A stretch of DNA of 64,000 nt from Bacteroidales bacterium (GTDB taxonomy: Bacteria > Bacteroidota > Bacteroidia > Bacteroidales > WCHB1-69): NCBI GenBank assembly GCA_045600905.1, contig JAZRYT010000189.1:33748-97747 (forward strand), read 5' to 3'. Under the pieces are notes generated by a model. The model saw nothing but the letters and a program-made list of their open reading frames with translations. It ran no database searches and had not been told where the DNA came from. The translations under genes and the position numbers were made by a program. Numbering within the stretch: position 1 is the stretch's first letter; each line of letters opens with the position of its first letter. Below, piece by piece: positions 9,108 through 17,635 of this stretch.

Positions 9108-10191
9108 AGCGTTTCCCGGGACGGCAGACTATCACCCCTTTCAATTCCAAGCCCAACAGTATGCCGGCCAATTTGGAGGGGGAAAATTCCGATAGATTTT
9201 CGGACAGTGCGTCTATGGATATCTCGTTCGCCGCACGAATCAAATCCACCACCGGTTCTTCTTCCTTAGTAAGTTCCACAAAGAGAGAAGTCTGGACATT
9301 CTGAGGTTTGACTTCCCAATTCATCATCTCCATCAGTTCCGTACCTGAAGTGAGAATGGCTGCCACGTTTTTACGGATAAGTTCGTGGCAGCCGTCGTAA
9401 TGCACATCGAAAATAGAACCGGGGACGGCAAAGACATCCCGATTGTAGGACTGGGCGATGTAGGCCGTAATCATACTGCCGCCTTTGTTGGCTGTTTCCG
9501 CCACCAAAACAGCGTCCGACATTCCCGCAATAATCCTATTACGCTTGGGGAAATTCAATCTGTCAGGCGGTGTCTTGAAGTTATACTCGCTAACGAGCGT
9601 TCCTCCCTGCTCGACAATCTGCTCCGACAAATACAGATTTTGATAAGGATATATGGTTCCCAATCCGCAGCCCATAACGGCTATCGTCTTCAAACCGAAT
9701 TCCAGCGAGCGCGTGTGCGCCTCCGTATCTATTCCGTATGCCAAGCCACTGACCGTAGTCAGAGGAAAATCCTTCAACTCCGACAATATCTTGCGAACCG
9801 CATTCCTTCCATATTCCGTCGCCTCACGCGTGCCCACCACAGCCAATGAATACGGCACATTAAAATCAGAAGAACCTTTATAAAAAAAGGAAATCGGTGC
9901 ATCCGTACAGTTCTTCATTCGATACGGATATTCATTGTCCAAATAAAAACATAAGCGAATATGATGCTTATCCATCTGTTTCAACTCCTCATCCACCCTT
10001 CTTCGCGCATCATCGCTCACAATAGGTTTTGGAATATTTTGACATCTTTTCGTAATGGCGGAAGTCCACAATTCAGTCCGAAGAAACAGGTTGGTTGCAG
10101 ACCCAGACAAACGCAACATCTTTTTCAACGTCGCATTCCCATAGCCCTCAACATATTGTAATGCAATACGATAGAATTCTTCTGAATACAT
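9082..10191 (-). CDS. dprA: DNA-processing protein DprA (Smf)
   Basis: 369 aa with a Rossmann-like core containing GLAYGIDTEAHTRSL and PKRNRIIAG, plus a C-terminal winged-helix-like tail. Confidence 0.85.
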   Translation of the reverse strand: MYSEEFYRIALQYVEGYGNATLKKMLRLSGSATNLFLRTELWTSAITKRCQNIPKPIVSDDARRRVDEELKQMDKHHIRLCFYLDNEYPYRMKNCTDAPISFFYKGSSDFNVPYSLAVVGTREATEYGRNAVRKILSELKDFPLTTVSGLAYGIDTEAHTRSLEFGLKTIAVMGCGLGTIYPYQNLYLSEQIVEQGGTLVSEYNFKTPPDRLNFPKRNRIIAGMSDAVLVAETANKGGSMITAYIAQSYNRDVFAVPGSIFDVHYDGCHELIRKNVAAILTSGTELMEMMNWEVKPQNVQTSLFVELTKEEEPVVDLIRAANEISIDALSENLSEFSPSKLAGILLGLELKGVIVCRPGKRYAMNAIMR

Positions 10192-10251
10192 AAAAAAAAA
10201 ATTTTAACTCAAATACGAATTTCCTGTTTTCTACGTTAATAAACTCGGTTG

Positions 10252-10259
10252 CAAAAATA
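10252..10259 (-). promoter_or_regulatory. -7 box TATTTTTG (dprA)
   Basis: The reverse complement of CAAAAATA matches TAnnTTTG, 61 nt upstream of ATG 10191. Confidence 0.45.
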
Positions 10260-10310
10260 GCATTTTTTCAATCAAATATTTAAAAATAACATTGGATTAA
10301 ACATAATTTT

Positions 10311-11291
10311 ATGAAAAGATTACTATACACCATTCTTGTAATAAGTATTGTCTTGGTCAGCTCCTGCAAGCAGAAAGCCACCCCGGCGTTCAAAGAAGAC
10401 AATTTTTCCACGGGGAAAGCCGGCGAGATGATTTTAGCCATTGACACGACCTATTGGACGAAAGCCGCACGCACGCAGATTTACAATGTCATCCAACAGC
10501 CGCAGCCGGCCATCAACCAGATACAGCCGATGTTTGACGTCATCGAATGCAGCAACAAGGACTTTTTGGCTTCCTTCACGCGCCATCGCAACATCGTGCA
10601 ATTCGACTACAACAAGAACTACTCCAACAATTCCTACGAATTGAAGAAGAATCCCTATACAAGTCCTCAAATCCAGGTTGTCATCCGAGGCAACAGCTGC
10701 GATTCCTGTTTGGCGTTATTCCTCCAACATCAGGATGAAATCATCCAAGCCATGTATGACAACGACATCGCGCGCCTGCAGAATGCGCACCGCAAGCTCA
10801 ACAATCCCAATGTCGAGAAAAAAATAAAGGAGAAATTCGGTTTCAATATGACTATTCCCGAAAGCTATTTTGTGGGCAGAGAAGAAGCCGACTTCCTATG
10901 GTTGTGCTGCCGCACGCCGAAGAATGACCGTTTCATTATGATTTACAAGTCTCCGGCCTACGAGCTAAACACAGAGAACATTGTCTATGAACGCAATAGG
11001 ATTACCAAAGCCTATATTCAGGGTGCCGTACAGGGTGCATACCCCATTGTAGCTGACCTTGAAGGGTTCCCCTTGTCTCAAAAATACAACATCCATTATC
11101 ACAACGGCATTGAATTGCGCGGCCTTTGGGCATCCGTACGCGATAAAATGGGCGGACCATTTTACAGTTTTACGATGCTCAGCCCCGACAAAACTTCCTG
11201 TATTACCGTTGACGGCTTCGTTTATGCTCCTCAAGAACAGAAGAGAGACTACCTTCGCGAAGTTGAATCTATCGTTAAATCAATCAATTAA
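10311..11291 (+). CDS. uncharacterised lipoprotein (DUF4837-like)
   Basis: Lipoprotein signal ILVISIVLVSSC. The 326 aa sequence resembles, from memory, the Bacteroidota DUF4837 family. No catalytic motif was recognised. Confidence 0.45.
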   Translation: MKRLLYTILVISIVLVSSCKQKATPAFKEDNFSTGKAGEMILAIDTTYWTKAARTQIYNVIQQPQPAINQIQPMFDVIECSNKDFLASFTRHRNIVQFDYNKNYSNNSYELKKNPYTSPQIQVVIRGNSCDSCLALFLQHQDEIIQAMYDNDIARLQNAHRKLNNPNVEKKIKEKFGFNMTIPESYFVGREEADFLWLCCRTPKNDRFIMIYKSPAYELNTENIVYERNRITKAYIQGAVQGAYPIVADLEGFPLSQKYNIHYHNGIELRGLWASVRDKMGGPFYSFTMLSPDKTSCITVDGFVYAPQEQKRDYLREVESIVKSIN

Positions 11292-11309
11292 TAAAAATTT
11301 TTCATCGCC

Positions 11310-11339
11310 TGTCACGAAATCGGTCTTTGTTACGTCTAA
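11310..11339 (+). promoter_or_regulatory. candidate ECF-type promoter TGTCAC-N17-CGTCTAA
   Basis: A -10-like CGTC(TAA) lies 10 nt upstream of the sigma-factor ATG, with a -35-like hexamer 17 nt further up. The match to generic ECF promoters is only approximate. Confidence 0.3.
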
Positions 11340-11348
11340 GCAAGCGTG

Positions 11349-11906
11349 ATGAAAGAGATTTACTCATTTGATGAAATAATAGACGGCTGTCTGAAGAACG
11401 ACCGCAAAGCACAACACAGACTTTACGATGTTTTTTCAGGAAGTATGTACGTACTCTGTCTTCGCTATGCGCAAAGCAAAGAGGAAGCGGAGGATATTCT
11501 CATCGATGGTTTTTCGAATGTGTTTTCCCACTTGCAGGAATTTCAACGAAACAGCTCATTGAAGACCTGGATTCACCGCATTTTCATCAACACGGCATTG
11601 GATGCCTTGCGGTCTAACCGAAAGTATCGTTTTAATGAGTCTTTTGATGAAACGACAGATGAATTCGAGCAAAGCCAGCTGGATTGCGACATCATCACCA
11701 AGTTGGAAGCAAAGGAGATTCTCAACCTAATGAGTAAAATGCCGGACGAATACCGAATCATTTTCAACTTACGGGTCTTTGATGGCTGTTCCTTTAAAGA
11801 AATCGCCCAAGAGCTCGGCAAGAAGGAGGACACGGCACGAATGTACTTTCACCGAGCGCGACAATGGCTGATAAAAGCCTTTGGAGAAGAAGAGGACAAA
11901 TCATAG
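11349..11906 (+). CDS. RNA polymerase sigma-70 factor, ECF subfamily
   Basis: Region 2 (EEAEDILIDGFSNVF..., WIHRIFINTALDALR) and region 4 (FKEIAQELGKKEDTARMYFHRARQWL). ATG 11349 is preferred over GTG 11346. Confidence 0.85.
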   Translation: MKEIYSFDEIIDGCLKNDRKAQHRLYDVFSGSMYVLCLRYAQSKEEAEDILIDGFSNVFSHLQEFQRNSSLKTWIHRIFINTALDALRSNRKYRFNESFDETTDEFEQSQLDCDIITKLEAKEILNLMSKMPDEYRIIFNLRVFDGCSFKEIAQELGKKEDTARMYFHRARQWLIKAFGEEEDKS

Positions 11907-11961
11907 CCACTTCCAAAATCCCGAACTCAAGTCGAAACAGTAACGATGAAAAATTAGAATT

Positions 11962-12882
11962 ATGAAAAATATAAACGACATATTAGCCCACTACGAAGAG
12001 CAGCCACCCGCAGAGTGTTGGGACAAGCTCAGCAGCCATTTAGACAAGATTATGCCCACCGGGGAGAGTGCTGCAACTTCGACCTCCGCTGCAGTAAAAG
12101 GGGCTACCGCCACACTTTCCAAGGCCGTTACCGCTAGTATCATCGGCGCAGTGGCCGTGGCCGCTATCACCATTGTGGCTGTAACCGCCGCACACAAGTC
12201 TTCAGCCGAAAAGCCGACAGCCGACAACCAGACGAATGTAGTAGCAGACAGCAGCATTGTTGAGAATATTGAAGATGCCCCATCCATCTATCTTACTGAG
12301 GCGAAAGAGGCAAGCAGCGCTTCCCCAAAAACCGAAAACGAAGTCGCCCCATCGTCTAACACTTCTGCGAAATCTGCAGAAAATCCCACCCCAGAGAGCA
12401 ACATTCCCTTTGTCAGTCAAACGGCCCAAATGAATGTTCCTTCCGCTTCCGTACAACCGAAGGCCGCCCCTACGGTCACCAAGACAATAGCCCCGATTCA
12501 ATCAGCTTCTGTAACCAAGGCTCCGCTTCCCAAGAACTCGACCATTGCGCAACAGCATCAAAACGATCCTGTTGTTCAAAGCCATTCGGAGGAAGAAGAT
12601 TTCAGTTGGAATACACCTGTCAAATTAGAGATCCCCAATGTTTTCACGCCCAACGGAGACGGATACAATGAAGTGTTTATGATTAAAGGGTTAGAGAACT
12701 GTTCCAAGCGGCAACTCGTTGTTCGAAACCGAAGCGGCAAAATCGTCTATCGTTCAAACAATTACGAAAACACTTGGAACGGCGACAATTGTCCAGACGG
12801 CACATATACCTACCAACTCTTCTACAACAACAATGGCATAGACCAGAGTATGAGCGGCACAGTCGCCATCATTCGAAAATAA
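11962..12882 (+). CDS. membrane-anchored anti-sigma-like protein ending in a T9SS type-B sorting domain (gliding-motility C-terminal / CHU_C domain)
   Basis: The N-terminus HYEEQPPAECWDKLSSHLDK is followed by a single TM helix (AVTASIIGAVAVAAITIVAVTAA) and an A/S/P/T-rich linker. The last ~90 aa (PNVFTPNGDGYNEVFMIKGLE...NRSGKIVY...NTWNGD...DGTYTYQL...GTVAIIRK) match the type-B CTD consensus by eye. Confidence 0.6.
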   Translation: MKNINDILAHYEEQPPAECWDKLSSHLDKIMPTGESAATSTSAAVKGATATLSKAVTASIIGAVAVAAITIVAVTAAHKSSAEKPTADNQTNVVADSSIVENIEDAPSIYLTEAKEASSASPKTENEVAPSSNTSAKSAENPTPESNIPFVSQTAQMNVPSASVQPKAAPTVTKTIAPIQSASVTKAPLPKNSTIAQQHQNDPVVQSHSEEEDFSWNTPVKLEIPNVFTPNGDGYNEVFMIKGLENCSKRQLVVRNRSGKIVYRSNNYENTWNGDNCPDGTYTYQLFYNNNGIDQSMSGTVAIIRK

Positions 12883-12891
12883 AAGGAGGAA

Positions 12892-15495
12892 CTACTTCTT
12901 CCCTGTCAGCAGTTGTTGAATTTCATTCAACTTCATCAAAGCCTCCACAGGGGTCAGGCCGTTGATATTCAATCCTACAATAATATCCTTGACTTCCAAC
13001 AAAAGAGGGTCATCCAAATTGATAAAACTCAACTGATAACCAGGGGAAGATTTCTCAATGGTGGGTTTTCCTTTGTTGGAATCATCGCGGTTCTTTTCCA
13101 ACTGTTTGAGGACCTCTTCGGCACGTTTCAGCACCTTTGTCGGCATTCCGGCCATTCGTGCCACGTGAATACCGAAGCTGTGCTCACTACCACCGGGTTC
13201 CAATTTGCGAAGGAAAAACACCTTGTTGTCGATTTCCTTGACCGACACGTGGAAATTCTTAATGCGAGGGAATTGGGATGCCATATCGTTCAGCTCGTGA
13301 TAATGGGTGGCGAATAGAACTTTAGCGCGATGATAGGGATTCTCGTGCAGAAATTCCGCAATAGACCAGGCAATGGAGACGCCGTCGTAGGTACTGGTTC
13401 CGCGTCCGATTTCATCCAGCAGGATGAGGCTGCGGTTGGAGATATTATTCAAAATACTGGCCGTTTCATTCATTTCCACCATAAAGGTAGATTCTCCTGT
13501 CGAAATGTTGTCGGAAGCACCGACACGGGTGAAAATCTTATCTACAATGCCGATTTCCGCTTTCCTGGCAGGGACAAAGCAACCCATCTGCGCCATCAGG
13601 ACAATGAGGGCGGTCTGACGCAACAGCGCGGACTTACCGGACATATTGGGGCCGGTAATGATAATAATCTGCTGTTTGTCATTATCCAACATCACGTCAT
13701 TGGAAATATAGGGCTCTCCCGGGGGCAATTGCTGTTCGATAACCGGATGTCTGCCGTCTTTAATTTTCAACATCGTACCCTCGTTCACATCGGGCTTCAC
13801 ATAACGGTTTTCTTTGGAAACGTTGGCGAAACAGAGCAGGACGTCCAAACGTGCCGCCAATCTCGCATCCAACTGAATCATTGACATATAGTCCAACAAA
13901 CCGACCAACAGTTCGTTGAAGAGTCTGGCCTCAATTTCGAGCATCTTGTCTTGTGCGCCCAAAATCCTGGTTTCCAGTTCCTTTAATTCCTCGGTTATGT
14001 AACGTTCGCCGTTGGTAAGTGTCTGTTTGCGTGTCCATTCGGGTGGTACTTTCGATTTGTGTACGTTCGTCACTTCCAGATAGTAGCCGAACACGTTGTT
14101 AAAGCCGATTTTCAGGGACGGGATTCCTGTACGTGCTGATTCTCGATGTTGGATATCATAAAGCACGCTGCGACTGTTGGTTGCCAATGCGAACAATTCA
14201 TCCAGTTCCTTATCCACACCACGTTTAAAAACATTTCCTTTGCTGACTAGTACAGGAGGATCTTCCTGAATGGACTTTTCAATTCGTTTGCAAATCGTAA
14301 GACATGGGTTCAACTGTTCGGCAATTTTGGTCAATGCCGGATGTTCTGCTTTCTGGCAGAGATGCTTAGTCTCCTCCACGGCACGCAAAGCCCGGGAAAG
14401 TTGGAGCACTTCTCTCGGATTGATTTTTCCGGTGGCAATTTTGGACACGGTACGTTCGATATCGCCGATTCGCTTCAATGTGACCGTTAAATCCTGCGCC
14501 AAGTCCTCGTTTTGCATAAAGTACTCAACGATGGACAGACGTTCATCAATCCAGACTTTTTCCTTGAGGGGCATCAGCATCCATTTGCGCAACATTCGGG
14601 AGCCCATCGGGGTCTGCGTCTGGTCAAGCACCTGCAGCAAAGTCACGGCATTCTCATTCGGACTTTGTACGAGTTCCAGATTGCGAATGGTGAAGCGGTC
14701 GAGCCAGACGTAATGTTCTTCTTCAATGCGGTTGATTTTGTTTATATGTTGGATTTTATGGTTCTGCGTTTCGTACAGATAATGTAGTGCCGCGCCTGCC
14801 GCAATGATGCCGTTGGGAAGATTATCCACGCCAAAGCCTTTTAAAGAAGTGGTTTGGAAATGTTTTGTCAAAAGTTCATTGGCAAAATCCGTCATAAAGA
14901 CCCAATCGTCAAGGGTGGTCAAGAGCATTTTTTCGCCGAAATGTTCTTTAAAGGCAGAGACTTTGGCCTTTTGGATAACGAGTTCTGAAGGTTTGAAGTT
15001 TTGGAACAGTTTATCCACGTAATCGTAATCACCTTCCGCGAGATAGAACTCGCCTGTGGAAATATCCACGAAGGCGACGCCTGAGTTTTTGTCCGTCAAC
15101 TGTATGGCTGCCAAAAAGTTGTTCTCACGCTGTTCGAGGACTTTGTCATTGATGGAGACACCCGGTGTGACCATTTCGGTAATGCCTCGTTTGACGAGGG
15201 TTTTGGTCAATTTGGGGTCTTCGAGTTGTTCGCATATAGCCACGCGCATACCGGCGCGGACGAGCCTCGGCAGATAAACATCAAGCGCGTGATGTGGGAA
15301 GCCTGCCAGTTCCGTTTGGGAAGGGCCTTTCCCGTGTTTGGTCAGTGTAATGCCCAAAATCTTGGAAGATTTAAGCGCATCTTCCCCGTAGGTTTCATAG
15401 AAATCGCCCACTCGGAAGAGCAGGATAGCATCGGGGTGTTGGGCTTTGAACTTGTTGTATTGCTTCATCAACGGGGTTTCGACAGACTTTTCCAT
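12892..15495 (-). CDS. mutS: DNA mismatch repair protein MutS
   Basis: 867 aa with the N-terminal mismatch-binding GDFYE motif, Walker A GPNMSGKS and STFMVEM. Confidence 0.95.
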   Translation of the reverse strand: MEKSVETPLMKQYNKFKAQHPDAILLFRVGDFYETYGEDALKSSKILGITLTKHGKGPSQTELAGFPHHALDVYLPRLVRAGMRVAICEQLEDPKLTKTLVKRGITEMVTPGVSINDKVLEQRENNFLAAIQLTDKNSGVAFVDISTGEFYLAEGDYDYVDKLFQNFKPSELVIQKAKVSAFKEHFGEKMLLTTLDDWVFMTDFANELLTKHFQTTSLKGFGVDNLPNGIIAAGAALHYLYETQNHKIQHINKINRIEEEHYVWLDRFTIRNLELVQSPNENAVTLLQVLDQTQTPMGSRMLRKWMLMPLKEKVWIDERLSIVEYFMQNEDLAQDLTVTLKRIGDIERTVSKIATGKINPREVLQLSRALRAVEETKHLCQKAEHPALTKIAEQLNPCLTICKRIEKSIQEDPPVLVSKGNVFKRGVDKELDELFALATNSRSVLYDIQHRESARTGIPSLKIGFNNVFGYYLEVTNVHKSKVPPEWTRKQTLTNGERYITEELKELETRILGAQDKMLEIEARLFNELLVGLLDYMSMIQLDARLAARLDVLLCFANVSKENRYVKPDVNEGTMLKIKDGRHPVIEQQLPPGEPYISNDVMLDNDKQQIIIITGPNMSGKSALLRQTALIVLMAQMGCFVPARKAEIGIVDKIFTRVGASDNISTGESTFMVEMNETASILNNISNRSLILLDEIGRGTSTYDGVSIAWSIAEFLHENPYHRAKVLFATHYHELNDMASQFPRIKNFHVSVKEIDNKVFFLRKLEPGGSEHSFGIHVARMAGMPTKVLKRAEEVLKQLEKNRDDSNKGKPTIEKSSPGYQLSFINLDDPLLLEVKDIIVGLNINGLTPVEALMKLNEIQQLLTGKK

Positions 15496-15516
15496 AGGCT
15501 TAGTTTAAAAGGATGG

Positions 15517-15524
15517 CAAAGGTA
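15517..15524 (-). promoter_or_regulatory. -7 box TACCTTTG (mutS)
   Basis: The reverse complement of CAAAGGTA matches TAnnTTTG, 22 nt upstream of ATG 15495. Confidence 0.5.
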
Positions 15525-15670
15525 CAAAAAAAACAACAGGTTTCAGACAAGCAAAGAAGAAAAAGTTTCAGATTTCAAGAGAGAGCTCCGCACTCAGGTC
15601 CCTTATCTTAAATGTATTGGATTCGGTTTGTTCCTCTCCTATTCGAAATTCTCAACAACTTTCCACTTAT

Positions 15671-15683
15671 TGTTCATTGAACA
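15671..15683. promoter_or_regulatory. perfect palindrome TGTTCA-T-TGAACA, candidate operator
   Basis: The 6-1-6 inverted repeat was read directly. It lies 13 nt upstream of the TTTG -33 element of the ferredoxin promoter. Confidence 0.3.
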
Positions 15684-15696
15684 TTGCAAATTGTCC

Positions 15697-15726
15697 TTTG
15701 CACATTCATAAAAAAGTGTATTTTTG
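15697..15726 (+). promoter_or_regulatory. Bacteroidota promoter: -33 TTTG, 18-nt spacer, -7 TATTTTTG (ferredoxin)
   Basis: TTTG at 15697-15700 and TATTTTTG at 15719-15726, with the ATG at 15760. Confidence 0.55.
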
Positions 15727-15759
15727 CGCCCACAAAACAAACAACTAAATTTTATAAAA

Positions 15760-15930
15760 ATGGCTTACAAAATCAACCCGGATCTTTGCGCAGCTTGCGG
15801 TACATGCGCTGGCGAATGCCCTCAAGAAGCTATCTCTGAAGGCGCTGCTTATTCTATCAATCCTGATCTCTGCATCGAATGCGGCGCTTGCGCTGACGTT
15901 TGTCCTTGCGAAGCTATCAGCTTAGAATAA
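15760..15930 (+). CDS. 2x[4Fe-4S] clostridial-type ferredoxin (56 aa)
   Basis: Two CxxCxxCxxxCP motifs (CAACGTCAGECP and CIECGACADVCP). ATG 15760 is preferred over the track's TTG at 15724, which overlaps the -7 box. Confidence 0.85.
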   Translation: MAYKINPDLCAACGTCAGECPQEAISEGAAYSINPDLCIECGACADVCPCEAISLE

Positions 15931-15951
15931 TCTGCAAAGATTTAAAAACTA

Positions 15952-15981
15952 AAAAAGGGCACGGAAATCCGCGCCCTTTTT
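15952..15981. terminator. bidirectional terminator between ferredoxin and ompH
   Basis: AAAAAGGGCACGG-AAAT-CCGCGCCCTTTTT: a GC-rich stem with one A/C mismatch, flanked by A5 and T5. Confidence 0.65.
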
Positions 15982-16001
15982 ATTTTTATTGATTTTTCGA
16001 A

Positions 16002-16505
16002 TTATTTCGTTATACCGAGTTGTTTTTTGACAGCTTCCGTCAAATCATCAGAATCAGCGTGGAATGCCAACGTGGTAATATCAAAAACGTATGTGTAGTT
16101 GCCAGCTTCCGCCACTTTCTTAATAGCTTCTATTATTTTTTCCTGAAAGGGTTTTAAAAGTTCCATCTGCTTGTTTTGGAGTTCTTCTTCGCTGATGGAG
16201 GCAAATTCCTGAATACGGGCATAGAGTTTGGTCATTTCATCCTCTTTGACTTTCAAAATAGCAGAAGAAGCTCCAGAATTAGCCATTTGGGCGTAAGCCG
16301 CTTCTTTCTCCTTAAACTCACTGACCATTTGTTGGCCGGTCTCTTCCAATTCCTTCTGATAATCACGAAGGGCAGCTTGTGCCGTATCAATACCGGGTAC
16401 GTTTTGCATAATAGTGCCATAATCCACGTGACCAAACTTCGCTTTTTGGGAGAAGCCAGCGACTGTGAGAAGAAGGCAGAAAAGAATCAATGTTAGTTTT
16501 TTCAT
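16002..16505 (-). CDS. OmpH/Skp family periplasmic chaperone (paralog 3)
   Basis: Signal peptide, 167 aa, coiled-coil-rich, with a C-terminal YTYVFD motif. It is the third gene downstream of bamA. Confidence 0.8.
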   Translation of the reverse strand: MKKLTLILFCLLLTVAGFSQKAKFGHVDYGTIMQNVPGIDTAQAALRDYQKELEETGQQMVSEFKEKEAAYAQMANSGASSAILKVKEDEMTKLYARIQEFASISEEELQNKQMELLKPFQEKIIEAIKKVAEAGNYTYVFDITTLAFHADSDDLTEAVKKQLGITK

Positions 16506-16517
16506 AGCTCGATTCCC

Positions 16518-17015
16518 TTATTTAATTCCTAATTCTTTCTTTACCAGTGGAGTGATGTCATCGCCATTGCCATAATAGAGCAGAATCTTGGTATCGAAGA
16601 TATAGGCATAGCCATGTTCTTTGGCCACTTTGTTAATAGCGTTTTGAATGGCATCCTGAAAGGGTTTGGCCAATTCATACTGCTTTTCTTCCATATCATC
16701 TTGCGCATTGGCTTGGAATTCCTGAATACGAACACCCAGGTCTTCCAATTCTTTTTCGCGAACTTGTCTTACGGCAGAAGACATCGTACCAACTTCACGG
16801 TCGAATTTGTCCTTTTTCTGTTGGTATTCGGTCATCATACTCTGATACATAGCCTGTAAATCATCTTGGAAAGCCTTCAATTTGATTTGAAGAGAGTCAA
16901 CGCCCGGCATCACTTCCAGAATTTCGCTGGAATTGATATGACCATACTTTTGAGCGTCAGCAGTGCCCACAGAGAATAAAACAGCAGCTGCAACGAGTAA
17001 TAAAATCTTTTTCAT
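16518..17015 (-). CDS. OmpH/Skp family periplasmic chaperone (paralog 2)
   Basis: Signal peptide, 165 aa, with a YAYIFD motif. Confidence 0.8.
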   Translation of the reverse strand: MKKILLLVAAAVLFSVGTADAQKYGHINSSEILEVMPGVDSLQIKLKAFQDDLQAMYQSMMTEYQQKKDKFDREVGTMSSAVRQVREKELEDLGVRIQEFQANAQDDMEEKQYELAKPFQDAIQNAINKVAKEHGYAYIFDTKILLYYGNGDDITPLVKKELGIK

Positions 17016-17051
17016 AATACGTATAAATGTGTTTTAAGTTATTAATTTCAA

Positions 17052-17582
17052 TTAGTCTTCCAATTCTTCATTGACGGAAACGCCCAATTTTTGGAGGATT
17101 GCCTGATTGATATCCCATTTGGGATCAGCATAGATGATGGTCATTTCGCCTGCGGTATCGAAGACGAACGCGTAACCTTTTTCCTTCGCATAATCATTGA
17201 CCGTGGAAATCACTCTGTCCTGAATCGGTTTCACCAGTTCTTCTCTTTTTTTGAAGAGGTCGCCATCTTGACCGAAACGTTTTTTCTGCAAATCCTTGGC
17301 AGCTTTTTCCTGATTGATAATAGCTTCTTCACGGTTCTTTTTGATTTGCTCCGGCATAGTCACAGCCTCAACCTGGTATTTTCTGTACATAGAGTCAATA
17401 GAGGCGAATTTGGCTTCTATTTCCTTTTGCCATAAGACGGCTACTCTGTTGAGTTCGGCCTGCGCTTCTTTATATTCTGACATATTGGAGAGAATATATT
17501 CGGAATTGATGTAGGCATATTTTTGTGCGAATCCAGTGAGGGAAAGAAGCACAACCATTGCAGATAATAATAGTTTTTTCAT
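17052..17582 (-). CDS. OmpH/Skp family periplasmic chaperone (paralog 1)
   Basis: Signal peptide, 176 aa, with a YAFVFD motif. It lies immediately downstream of bamA. Confidence 0.8.
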   Translation of the reverse strand: MKKLLLSAMVVLLSLTGFAQKYAYINSEYILSNMSEYKEAQAELNRVAVLWQKEIEAKFASIDSMYRKYQVEAVTMPEQIKKNREEAIINQEKAAKDLQKKRFGQDGDLFKKREELVKPIQDRVISTVNDYAKEKGYAFVFDTAGEMTIIYADPKWDINQAILQKLGVSVNEELED

Positions 17583-17635
17583 TGTTTCAAATTTTAAAAA
17601 CGTGTTGGTAACGTGATAATGTCGTTTTTATTGTA

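Noticed and set aside
15537-15582. CAGGTTT CAGACAA and AAAGTTT CAGATTT CAAGAGA as further heptamer arrays.
   Set aside because: They have only two or three poorly matching units and are out of phase with each other. They are listed as weak family members but are not annotated as a repeat feature.
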